A stretch of 64,000 bases of DNA, taken from the NCBI GenBank assembly GCA_965287045.1, contig OZ336880.1:49600001-49664000 (forward strand), in the 5' to 3' direction. The translations under genes were made by a program, and so were the position numbers. The stretch comes from Carcharhinus amblyrhynchos. Its lineage: Eukaryota. The notes below the pieces were generated by a model. That model was given only the letters and a program-made list of their open reading frames with translations. It had not been told where the DNA came from and made no database searches. Positions 38,846 to 50,399 of the stretch are shown here, in pieces. Numbering within the stretch: position 1 is the stretch's first letter; each line of letters begins with the position of its first letter.

Positions 38846-39070
38846 TGAAATAAAACAGAAAATGCTGGAAAACCTCCACAGGTCTGACAGCATCTGTGGT
38901 GAGAGAAACAGAATTAATGGCAGGAATTACTGGCCATTCACGTAGGTGGGATATTCAGTCCTGCCACGGTGCACCCTTGCCGCTGGTTTCCCGGTGGCGT
39001 GGGGTGGATTCAATGGGAAATCTCACTGATAGCAGTGGGACCAGAAGATCCTGCTGCCGACGTCACATCA
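38846..39070. mobile_element. Penelope-like terminus (38846-38918) joined to a Harbinger MITE (from 38919)
   Basis: gaaataaaacagaaaatgctgg...gagagaaacagaattaat|ggcaggaattac. Confidence 0.65.
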
Positions 39071-39344
39071 ATAGTTATTACTAAAAAATATCAAGAGTAG
39101 GTAAGATGCCAGAGCGAGAGGTCCAGCTGGAGGGAAAGTATTGAAGACCGATGAAAGGGCCTGTTGAGCAGAGAGGATGGACTTCTGCCTAAAGAGTTAA
39201 GCATGGAGGTGAAGATGATGAAGAAGAATCATATTGGACTCAAAACACTGGGTGGGATTCTCTGGCCTCTCTGTGCTGATAAATACACTGCTCAAAATAG
39301 CTTTTTGAAACTGTCTTGGAATGCTTTTTCACCAATGAAACCAA

Positions 39345-39835
39345 CTCCTACAGCTACTCCTCCACTTTCTCAGGAGAGCAAGGAAATTTGGCATGTCCGC
39401 TATGACTCTCACCAACTTTTACAAAGCACTTGGTATGGTTTCTGCTCTGAACAAGACCACCATAAACTACAAATGGTCCTGAAGGAAGCCCAGTCCATCT
39501 CGCAAACCAGCACCCCCATCCATTGACTCTGCCTACACTTCCTGCTGCCTCAAAAGCAGCCAGCATAATCAAGGACCCTACACACCCCAGACATACTCTC
39601 TCCTACCTTCTTCCATCAGGAAAAAGATACAAAAGTCTGAGGATACGTACCAAGTGACTCAAGAACAGCTTCTTCCCTGCTGCCAATAGACTTTTGAATG
39701 GACCCACCTCTTTTAAAATGATTCTTTTCTACACCCGAGCTACGATTTTAACACTACACTCTCGCCTTCCTTTCTCACTGTACAGTCTGCTTTTCACTGT
39801 ATATAATACAATTGACAATAATAAATCAAATTGAT
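39345..39835 (+). mobile_element. Rex1/Babar LINE 3' fragment
   Basis: FLRR..KFGMS..TLTNFY, WYG.CS.QDH.KLQ.V; ttcaagaacagcttcttccc-like motif; tail tgacaataataaatcaaat. Confidence 0.78.
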
Positions 39836-39856
39836 TATGCTTCCTCGCATCTTGCT

Positions 39857-40450
39857 TCTTGTAAGGACTTCCCTTCTCCCGTTTCTCTTGTCTCCGTTGC
39901 ATCTGAATTGATGATGCCACTTTCCACAATGGTGTTTCCAAGAGACCTTCCTTTTGCCTGAGCCGAGGATTTCCCCTGCTCCAACGTGATTGACAGAGCC
40001 CTGAATCATGTCCGACCCATTTCCTGCACTTTTGCCCTTACCCCTTCCAAAGCCCCAATAGGGTTCTCCTTGTCCTCACTTTCCATCTCATTGGTCTCTG
40101 TGTTCAAATCCTCTGAAAAAGGAAGTTCCTGTTGGACTCAAAACATTGGGTGAGGTTCGCCGGCCTCCCAGCACATGTTTCCCACTGACGAGAGGCAGGG
40201 CAGAATTTGCTAGCAGTGGGATTCTTTGGTCCCGCCGCGGTCAGTGGGAATTCCCATTGATGTCACTCCATGCAGGCGGGAAACCCGCAGGTGAGAGAGG
40301 ACTGCCAGGACTGGAGAATCCCACCAGCGTGAACAGCTGGAGAATTCAGGCCACTGACTCTATTTCTCTCCACACATAAGCTGCCAGACCTGCTGGGTTT
40401 TTCCAGCACTTTGTTTTGATTTCAGAACTCCAGCACTGGCAGTATTTTAT
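39857..40450 (+). mobile_element. Penelope-like element 3' fragment with a MITE at 40148-40352
   Basis: SCKD..PFS.FL.LR.I..DDATF...RGF...VIDRAL..RV.LVLTFH remnant; terminal repeat ends ~10 bp from the exon donor. Confidence 0.7.
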
Positions 40451-40461
40451 TTTTATTTTAC

Positions 40462-40692
40462 CTGTTGAACGTCCTGCTGGAAAACACACAGCTGAAGTCG
40501 CTGATGCAGTCGAACTTTGCGGTGTTGCCAGATACTTTCAAGCCTTCGCTGGTGATGCAACACTTCATGCACAATGTCTAAAACTCGATGAACTGCTTTG
40601 GAGTAGTTTGCAGTTGCAGTGAGGGAGTCAGAGTTCCCTGGGCTCAAAGGTCGCTGCAGTACATCTAGGAGCGCTTTGCCATCCTGACTTAC
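40462..40692 (-). CDS. KALRN: Kalirin coding exon (231 nt, likely exon 9)
   Basis: VSQDGKALLDVLQRPLSPGNSDSLTATANYSKAVHRVLDIVHEVLHHQRRLESIWQHRKVRLHQRLQLCVFQQDVQQ; tttcag| acceptor, |gtaaaa donor. Confidence 0.96.
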
Positions 40693-41340
40693 CTGAAATA
40701 AACATAACAGCTGAGTTTTATCAGATGTGAAATGCTGAAGTAAAGAATTGATTCTGGCATTCATAATTATATTCATAATTAGTCGATCATGATTCAGTTA
40801 AATTCTACTAGTTTCCTTTAGCGTTTCTCCCTTTTCCACTGCTAAATATTTGTATCCAATTTACAACTGAGTCGATGTTATTTACAATCGTCGGCTGTGC
40901 CTGACTCAAACCATCATGCTCAAAATAGCAGTTTGAAGTCTCATGGCCTTGGAATGTATTTTCCCCAATAAAACAAGCTGACAGTACAACCAATTATCTG
41001 GAACAATACACATTTTCAAGTGCAAGAGGACCATAAAATGGGATCCTCATGAATTATGTAGTACAAAAATTATAAACATTTCAGATGGTTTGAATTAACG
41101 AGAGAACACGGTTATTTTATACTAGCTATCAACTGATTAAACTGCAGAATTCACGGAAGTCAGGTCAGAATTTTCAAGGGAAAGGGTTAGGGAGTAACTG
41201 ATTAGGAATTGCTTTAAAATGAAATAAGTGGAGGAACTTGAAAAGAACAGAAACCAAATTACAATCAATGGAATGACAGGCCAAAGAAAGCAATTTGACG
41301 ACGGCGTATACTTCCTGGAATGAATGGATCACCTCTTTAC

Positions 41341-41472
41341 CTCTGCATATGCCTGTGTGATCTGCTCATACAGTGTTTGATGATGGTGAATGGCAATCTC
41401 CAAATCTTGCATCTCAGATGGCAGTCCTCCCTCAGCACAGGTTTTGCACCAGATATCAACACTTGATAAATA
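41341..41472 (-). CDS. KALRN: Kalirin coding exon (132 nt, likely exon 8); not in the ORF track
   Basis: Manual translation YLSSVDIWCKTCAEGGLPSEMQDLEIAIHHHQTLYEQITQAYAE; ttttag| acceptor, |gtaaag donor; fills the expected gap between flanking exons. Confidence 0.95.
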
Positions 41473-42559
41473 CTAAAATAAAAATGGAAACAGCTATTAA
41501 TGGTAATTATATTTTGCTATTGAAAAAGTCTCACAGTGAACAGCAGCAAAAGGGATGAGAATATTTTTAGACAGTAAGTTAAGATTTGCAGTGCACTTCA
41601 TATAGTGTGGAAGATGCAGTTTCAGTGTACCTTCCAAAGGGGAATTGGATTTCGACCTGATTTGTAGGGCTTTGGGAAAGAGGGCAGAATAATCCTAATT
41701 GAATTGTTCTTGCAAAGAGCAATAATGATAGGCCAAATGGCTTTCTTCTTTCCTTCTATGCAGTATGGTTCTTTCTTTCTTTGACAAGATTAACTTTGTA
41801 CTAATCCAGTTTTGCTAGAATTTAAATCTTAAGACCCAGCTATAACCGGGGTTTGGAATAAGGAATTAAAGTGGGAGCATGGGCGGGAGGAGGGCGAGGG
41901 GGATTCACCTAACCCCTGAAGCAAGAGATCCAAAAGATTTTAACTCTCAGGCATTATTGTCATATTTTGATATCACTTCACATCCATAATCCCACCTGGT
42001 CAGCAAGGAAGCTTTAAAATAGAACCAAAGTGAGCTTCCCCGGGTCTATCGCATCCTAGCTCCTATCTGCCACCGGCTTAGTCAGGCACGTAGTTAAAAT
42101 GATGTCCACATACCCATCATGTTATTGACTTTGTCATCAAAATAAAGTCCCTGCTTCTCTGGATAAGTAGCCTTTAGGTTTAGTTGAAACAGAGTGAGTG
42201 GCGGAGGGCATGAGGCATAGAATGAGTGGGGAAAGAGGACATAAGGAGCCATTAGGACAGGCAGCTGAGCTGATTGGATGTGTTTTAAGGGACTGTCCTA
42301 AAGTAGGAAAGAGTAGTAGAGATACTGAAACGTTCAGAGAAGAATTCTTGAGTTCAGGATTTGAATAGTTAAAAGTGTTACCAAGAGAGGTGAGAGGTGC
42401 CAGAATTGGAAAAGTGCAGAATTCTCTTATAAATACAACTATTTAAATACGTAAATTACAAGCAAGATTATTGGATTTTTGTTTTCAAATGTAGCGCAGT
42501 GGGCCAGGAGACAGTGGGAGATTTGCAGCCAGCATTCATACGATTAGCGGGCCTGGTAT

Positions 42560-43245
42560 GGTAGTCTTAGCTGCAAATGGTTCCCACCAGTAGGGTTTAC
42601 AGCTGCTCCTCACTAACGAGGAACAAGCGTCCTAACCCCGCTGTATGGACAGAGGCCATTAAAGCCCCCCAGAAGGTGAAGGACAAATGAGATGGTGCTC
42701 TTTGGACAGTGCCAACCTGGCAGTGCCCACCAGGCACCTTGGTATTCCTCACCGGGCACTGGTGGGTGGTACCAAGGGAGCAGGGCATATACGGCTGGGG
42801 CAATCCAATACCATCCTGTAAGTGGGATTGGAGGGGGAGGGATTGATCAGCGTTGGTCATTGGGTGAGGGTGTTGGGGCTGGTCATCGGCAGGGGGATGG
42901 TTGGAACGGGGGAGATATGGGCTAGCCCGGGGGAGGGAGGTCTGGTAGGCCAGCAATCAGGGGCGGGTTGGAAGGCTGGTGATTTTCCGGGGAGGCCAGC
43001 AATCAGGTGACCAGTGATGGGGTCAGCAGTGTGCGTGCGCCAATCTCTGCACTGACAAATCGCACACGTGCAGTGGCTCGCTCAGCACTATGCTGCCGGC
43101 CTCTCAGGCAGGATGAAGCCCCACCCTTATTTTTCAGTGTGAATCAGTCTGAAGTGCTCTGCATTGAACAAAGTATCAGAGATTCAGTCAGGTAAGTACA
43201 CCCAAAAAACAGGCAGGAAATACTTGTTTTAGGAGAATCCCGGCC
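42560..43245 (-). mobile_element. Non-autonomous Harbinger-like element
   Basis: Ends ggagaatcccggcc; GC-rich interior resembling the left end of the 45700 element. Confidence 0.55.
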
Positions 43246-45023
43246 ACGATCTCAAGTCTAAAATCTGAGTAATTAATGTCAAATTTAACATATCAAATTA
43301 TAATAAAATAGTAGCTCTGGTTATAACAGTCAAAGGTTTATGTGAGTTTTCAGTATTATTTGTTCCTTGTGTTGGCAGGGATAGATTAGAATCTCTACAC
43401 ATTGTGAAATCTCAACTGAACTAGAACACTACCAATTCATGGTACTGCACATATATAGTAATAACCTCTAAAAGACCCTTCAATTGACACTTCACCATTG
43501 TAATTTAGGGTTGAGTATTACATGTTTACTACTTAGAACACTACCAACAGTGAGAGTGATTAGGTAATTAGAACTTGAAAAATATATACAACCCAAAGGG
43601 ACGGTTATAATTATAATCATTTATACCAGGATTGCTCTTGTGGGGGAGTTTGTTCTTTTTAAATCTTTTATGTGGATAAAAATACTTGCTATTAGCAATA
43701 AGCATTTGGAATGGCAAGAGAAAAGGTATGTCTTGTGCTCTTATTAAAAACAGTAGGGGTGAGAAATTCATTTGCATAGCACTGCTCTGAATAATTTCCC
43801 CATTGATATCATTGAAGAATCTTGTGTCTGCCATGGATATGGACCCAGGAATCAACATAGTCTGCAAAGGAGCTCTGATGATGCCTCAGGACTTCTTAAT
43901 TCACGGCCTCTAAATCAACTGAAACAATTTTAACATCAGGGACTGAATCAAAGAACCTGACAGCAATATAGTACTTCATAAAGCTGATACTTGTTGGACC
44001 TTTGCAAAACAGACTCCTTGATCCCAGAAATCAATTTCAAGAACAATTATCACAAACCTTTCAGTAAAGGTTTTCAGTACTTGTAAAAGGCACATTACAC
44101 ATGTGTCCTTTTAACAGTGCAGTCCAGAAAAACAAAGAAACTGGGATCATTTAAATTGAAAAGGTAAAAAACGATTACCATTAACTTTAATCAATAAAAC
44201 GCTGATAACCTCCCTGGAGTGACAATCAGCGGTGGAATGCCACTCTGTAACAACTTACCTGCGCTTTCTGGCTCAGGCTGGGTGATAATGAAGAAGCGAA
44301 GCACATTCACGGCTCCAGTGGCAAAATGCAAAATAAACAGAGCAAAGGAGGACATTTCCCCTATTTAGGGCACTGTCTGCCATAAAGCAAGTGAGTTGAA
44401 AGGTTTAATTGAAAGGGAGAAGGTAAATTGCTAAGGTAAGTGAAGCGACGTGATATGGGGGTTCACAGGCATCAATGGGTAGTGGTGGGAGTGTGGGAGT
44501 CCAAACATGGGTGGGAGAAGGGTGTGGTCTGGATATCAGTGGCAGGTCCAGATTGTGGGGATGGGGATTACTGTGGAGGATGGGTTGGTTAGCTGGGAGT
44601 GGTTGAGAGGCATGGTCCCTGGGGGTGGAGGGTGTCCCGTGTGGGATTCGTTCTGGGTGTTTAACACAGTTGCTCTGAAGTTCAAAGTGCTGTTTATCCT
44701 TCTAACTCTTTCAGAGTAACTATGAGTGTAAAACTGACGGAATCATTTGAAGTTAGCAATTTAAATCACTTTGTCGGGTGGTTCCCAGCACAGCACCAAT
44801 TGCTTAGGAGAAGTTAGTACTTCTGGACAATTGCTGGGTAAACCCTTAACTGGGAAGTTCCAAGAGGGATTCCCCAGTTCATCTTTGGGGTACTCTCCCC
44901 ACTCCCTGACATTGCGGAGCCAGAAAGTCATGGGAAGTTGTAATATTTAGCCTGTTGGTAAAGATTTTCTTTGTCTATGCTGACTCTGAGGTGCATGTGC
45001 AGAGTCTTTTTCCTCAAACTCAC

Positions 45024-45215
45024 CTGTTCAGCCTTCTGGTGAAATACCGCAGACATTGCCAAGATAGTGCTACGCTCATCTAGGGCAGCTGCAAAACTTT
45101 TCCACTCTTGATCGAGTTGAGCAGATATCTGCTTGATCTGCTGGGATGCATAATGACCAGCCTCTGAAAGCCTGGATGCAACAGACATGATGCGATTGAT
45201 GTTGACATATGCATT
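45024..45215 (-). CDS. KALRN: Kalirin coding exon (192 nt, likely exon 7)
   Basis: NAYVNINRIMSVASRLSEAGHYASQQIKQISAQLDQEWKSFAAALDERSTILAMSAVFHQKAEQ; tttttcag| acceptor, |gtgagt donor; continues the previous exon in frame. Confidence 0.96.
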
Positions 45216-45700
45216 CTGAAAAAGCAGAAGATTGCCAGTTATAAGATTAACTGAAAATGTCTTGTCACCAACTCCATCCATCAGGAATTCAGCAAAATAG
45301 ATGGATGAGCGAATTAATATCTCTAACTTAGTTATACTCTGGTTCAGGTAGTCATTCTCTTCTTTCAATAAGTAAAAGTGTAAAAGTGTTATGTTAAAAT
45401 GTCATAACAATATCCTTTAAAGAAATATCTAGAGTATTTAATAATACACTCAAAGAAACTATATCAAACAACACAATACCATGATACAAAGAGTCTTACC
45501 TTCCCATTTATAGCAAAGCAAACACAAGCAAATCATTAATTACAAGACTCAAAACTTAAAAATATGGCATATAGAAATAATCTGAGACTAATAATCTAAG
45601 ATCAGGTGTCCCATTTACATACAGTGCATGATTTGTTCTGTAACATTAATGATGGAATCGTTATGTTATCAGCCTTTCTCAATTTATTTTGCATACACTC

Positions 45701-48700
45701 AGGATGGAATTTTATAAGATTTTTTCTAAGTGTTCAGCTAGCATCAAAACAGGGGAGTTCCTGATCTGTTTTTTTGGATGAGTTTTCACACTTAATCATA
45801 GGCATTCAGTCTTTGAAAATATGAGCTAGACTGTTTCTAGCTGCCAGAGGCAGTGGGCAGGGCCTAATTCACCAGACAGCCAGCAGCTCAGATCGGAGCC
45901 ACAAACTGCATGCGCAGGCAAAAAAACAGTTCTGCTGACAGAACCATCACCACCGCTCCCTCATCATCTCCTGGCCCTGACTGACATGACCCTCTCTCTC
46001 TGTCCCCGATCATCACAGAGGCACAAATCCCATCCTCCCCCCTTTCATCAGCTCTCCTTCAACTGGCACAATGGCACAGTGAGTAGAACTGCTGCCTCCG
46101 AGTGCTCTTGTTTCTTCCCACAGTCTGAAGGACATGCTGGTTATGTGCACTGGCCATGCTATATTTTCTCTCACAGGTGCTGGAGTGTATTGACGAGGGG
46201 ATTTTCACAGTAACTTCACTGCAGTGTTAACGTAACCCGAGTTGTGACAATAATAAAAAAAACTTTAACATGTACTGACTTGGCTTCCTCTCCATGGTAA
46301 CAAGACAAACTGCATTAAACTTGCTGGAATGCTCTAATGGGCATGTGGCTCACCTAAACTGCCTGATCTGCCCTAATAAAGGACAGCTCCATAAAAACCC
46401 AAGGACAGACAAACAGACAGGCAATGCCTCCAGAAAGACAGCACCCTGTTTTTCAGATGCAGATCTGGCCAGGTTGCTGGAGTTGGTGGAGGAAAGGCAG
46501 GAGACCCTGTTCTCCCAGGAGGTCACCATCCCAGAGGAAAAGATGGAAATGCAACCTGGGAGGTGGTGGCAGCATGTGTTAATGCCAGGGCACTGGCCAG
46601 GAGAACCAGGAAGGAGTGCCGCAAGAAACTGAATGATCTCATCTGGGCAGCAAATATGAGCGTTTTACCTCATTCAGCATCTTCCCCCTAAATGACCCTC
46701 AGATCCCCCCCCCACCCGCAGCACCCTCAGCCCCTCACCCCCAAGCACTTCCCTTCTCCCTCCCAAGAGTACCACAATGCTTAACTCTCTGTGGCCACCC
46801 CCTGAAACCCTGTAGGATTCGTGCCATCAGATTTTACATGGCTCCTTCTGTCCCCACAGGAGAGGAAAACCCGTAATTGCTGGGAGAGGGTGAAGGCAAG
46901 GGGTGGAGTATCTGAGATCCGGGTCTGCAAACACTTTGAGGAGCAGGCGCTGGAGCTTTTGGGAGAGGAGGGGATGGGGACCATCAGTGACAGCATGGTC
47001 AGGCTGGAGGATAGAAGTGAGCAGCTGCCAATCCTCCTCTTGTTGTAGAAATCTCAAGTAAGTTGGAAACAGCCCATTTTCTCTCCCTCCTTTTCACTTA
47101 CCCTTGTGTCCTGTGTTGCTGGAAGGGACCCAGATGTGCCTGGGCTATCTGGCATTGCCGTCGCCAATGCTAATCCCACTAATCCTGCCCCTGACAGCTC
47201 AGAAGACACTTCGGAGGAAGCCAATGAAGGAACCTCCTAGGCCGGCACCAGTTTTGCATCAGCTTCCACCTCACAACTCACCATCGCACAGACTCTCACA
47301 TCAGTGAGTTAAGTTAGTGGCGAGGCATCTGGGTCACTTTCTGGTGCGCATGACACATCTGATAATGTACATCAGGTGGAGGAGGGAATGTCTGAGCTCT
47401 TGGCAAGTGAGGGCCTGCCAGGGGCGAGGACTCAACTGGCCCCAGGCTACAAGCTAGGCCTCTGAGATCACTTGTCCCTCAGCTGCTGGAGTTGCAGCAA
47501 CAGTGCCAGGGAATGCAGGAGGAGCTGACAGCATGAGTGGCAGAGTCCAAGCGATGGCCAAGTCACAGCAGGCCACGGCAAAGTCCCAGAGGGCAATGGC
47601 TGAGTCATAGCAGGCCACAGCTGAGAGCCTCAACAGACTTCCTGAGATTCAGCAGCCTATGGCTGAGGGGCTGCAGAGCTTGCAGGAGACCCAGTGGGAT
47701 AGCGCCGAGACATAGTGGGCAGCAGCCTTTGAGAACTCGATCCAGTCACAGAGGGTCATGGCTGAGGAGCTGCAAAGCATGGCCCAATCTCAGAGGGCAT
47801 TTATTGCTGCCATTGACAGGTGGCCCCCGACTCATAGAGCCTTCGCAGAGGGCTTGACTACCATGGTAAGAATACAGGTGGTCCTCCAGGATTGACAGGG
47901 CCAGGTGATGCTGGAACTTCTGGAGCTCACTGCAGAAACACCGCAGTCCCATGCAGTAACCCTGGGCCACAGAAGCCCTGAAGGTGGAGGAAAGGCTCGA
48001 GCCCACGTTGTGCCCTTCCACCCAGAAAATGGCGACTGTGGCTACATCTTCTGACTCTCCCCTTCCTGACACCAGGGCACCTCAGGGGCAGCAGGATGAA
48101 AAGGATGTCATGGATAAGTCTCTGACATCTGGCCCTCAAGGTCCAGGCCCTCCGGAGGATGATTGCCAAGGGCATCACAGGCCACGTGGCGTGGTAGGCA
48201 GCTGGCCACCTGCATCTCCAATGTACATCCTGGGGAGACACCAAGATGTAGTGGTAGGCTATGTAAGGTTAAGAAGTTGTAGCAGCACTAAGATGGCAAA
48301 AGTGTAGGACAACACTAGGTAGATAGAATATTAAAGTCTCATGTTCACATGTTTTTATATTATCACTTATTTTGAAAGCACTATTATTGGCAACAATAAG
48401 TGTTATTTCATCCTTCTCCTGTGACTAACTTGTCTCTAATCAGCCTCTAACAGGAATGTACCTACCCCGAAGGTCATCAGAGGGACCCTGCATACTCATC
48501 AGTGGGGGAGGCCCCTCAATGCACTGCTACTGAGAATAATTCACTGGCTACAGTGCACGGCATGCATTGGCAGTGACTTACAGAAACTGCCATGGCATCT
48601 GCAGAACCCATAAAAGATTCTCTCCACGATACCCCACCCACCCTGGTGCCCTGCTGTGACCCATGTGGGCCCAGGTGTCAGTATGCATGCGGAGCTCAGG

Positions 48701-50090
48701 TAGGAGTCAGACAAGTTTGCACCAGGGCATCATTACCATGGCGTATTGCAAGTCGTCATCATCCTCCTGCCTGCCACAGAAACTCACTAACAGCATACCC
48801 AGGCCCATCACTCTGGTGTTACAATGTTGCAGGAGATTGTAGGACACCAAGGGTGAGGGAGGGCGGGGAGAATAACCCAAGTGCGACAACACAGGCATCC
48901 AGTGACCGAAGCGTGTAGTGACCAGGGTCTCCCTTGTTGCTCTCACATGCCTGACCCTTGTTGCCACCAGCTCTCCAGTGCCTGGGTGGTGTTCTCATCG
49001 TCATGTTTTTCCTCCTGTTCCTCCTCCTCCTCCTGGGCGGCCTCCTCCCCAGAGATGCCTGGCTGGTTGGCCTTCACATCCTCCTCCTCAAAAAGGTCTT
49101 CTCACTGTTGTGCCAGGATACGTAGGGCACAGCACACCACCACAAATCTGGACGATATCGGGGGGCCTTGCCAGAGTGTCCAGGCATCGAAACTGCATTT
49201 TGAGGAGTCCTTTGCATTGCTCCACTATTGAATGTGTGATAACGTGGGCCTCATTATATCAAGTCTCCACATCAGTATCAGCTCTCCGCAGAGGCATCAT
49301 CAGCGAAGTCTGAAGCAGGTACCCCATGTCCCCCATGAGTCATTCCTGCACCCTGGGCTCCTCAATACGAAACTGTCATGCACGCTGCTGGGGTGTCCAG
49401 CACAGATGTGCATGATATTCAGCTTATGTTCACACACCAACTGCACATTTATTGAATAGAAGCTTTTTCTGTTCATGAATCTTCCTGGATTCTTCACCCA
49501 GGGGATGACATGGGTGCAGTCTATAACTCCCTGTACATTTGGCATCCCCATGATGGCCGCAAATCCTGTAGCCCAGGCTTCCTGCTGGGCCTTTTTGAGG
49601 AGGAGGATGTGAAGGCCAACCAGCCAGGCATCTCTGGGGAGGAGGCCGCCCAGGAGGAGGAGGAGGAACAGGAGGAGGAAGAAAAGGAGGAAAAACATGA
49701 CGATGAGAACACCACCCAGGCACTGGAGAGCTGGTGGCAACAAGGGTCAGGCATGTGAGAGCAATTTAATATACTATCAAGCCCAGGCATAGACGGCATC
49801 CGTGACTTACTTGACACAGTTATGGACAGATGGTTGGAAAATACCACAAAGGTCTCCACTGGTCTTGAAGGACCGGTGGCGTAAAGGTTTAAGACAGCCG
49901 TCAGTTTCACAGCCACTGGGAGTGGGTGCCTCCCCATGCCCTGAGGTGCCAGGTCCTGTAACGAATGACACAGACATTGCATTGTCTCCTTTTGGAGCTG
50001 GAGTCATCCAACAGTCCACACAATGTCCAACAGTTGCGCGAAGGACACTTTCATGTGAAACTGCTGGGGTCTCTGCTCCCTCCTTCTCCT
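45701..50090. mobile_element. PIF/Harbinger transposon, decayed: Myb/SANT gene (+, ~46420-48300) convergent with DDE transposase (-, ~48900-50050)
   Basis: + strand: RKTAPCFSDADLARLLELVEERQETLF...W..V...VNA..RT..ECRKKLNDL; - strand: HPLPVAVKLTAVLNLYATG, GMPNVQGVIDCTHV, FMNRKSFYSINVQLVCEH, HPSSVHDSFVLR, VVVCCALR. Confidence 0.85.
46070..46268 (+). mobile_element. V-SINE type B (internally deleted) nested in the Harbinger element
   Basis: ggcacaatggcacagtg head; tail ttcactgcagtgttaacgtaacccgagttgtgacaataataaa. Confidence 0.75.
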
Positions 50091-50175
50091 GGACTTGAAA
50101 CATTAACTCTGTTTTTGCTCTCTCCGAGATGCTGCCAGACTTGCTGAGATTTCCTAGCACCTCCTGTTTTTATTA
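50090..50175 (+). mobile_element. Penelope-like terminal fragment truncating the Harbinger
   Basis: ggacttgaaacattaactctg...gatgctgccagacttgctgag. Confidence 0.65.
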
Positions 50176-50399
50176 CGTAACAAGTTGCCTCTTGTACCAG
50201 AGGGACAGTAGTGTCCACAGTCTCCATTAACTGGAAGGCATTGTACATATAAATTGGTGCCAATGAATCCTATAATATTCTGATAGAGGACAATAAATTC
50301 TGTTTACGTGACAAAAATGGGAAATTGTTTGACAGCTTCTCACACTGGCTGATAAACAGAAATCATTAATATTTCCTCCCTCACTACATTTATCTGCAG

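Noticed and set aside
44250-44265. Strong minus-strand donor CAG|GTAAGT as an extra KALRN exon
   Set aside because: Flanking exons already join in frame to give the expected protein; no convincing acceptor or Kalirin-like peptide; lies in repeat-like sequence
48900-50050. Domesticated HARBI1/NAIF1 genes
   Set aside because: Frameshifts, deletions, an internal inverted insertion and 5' truncation; transposon architecture
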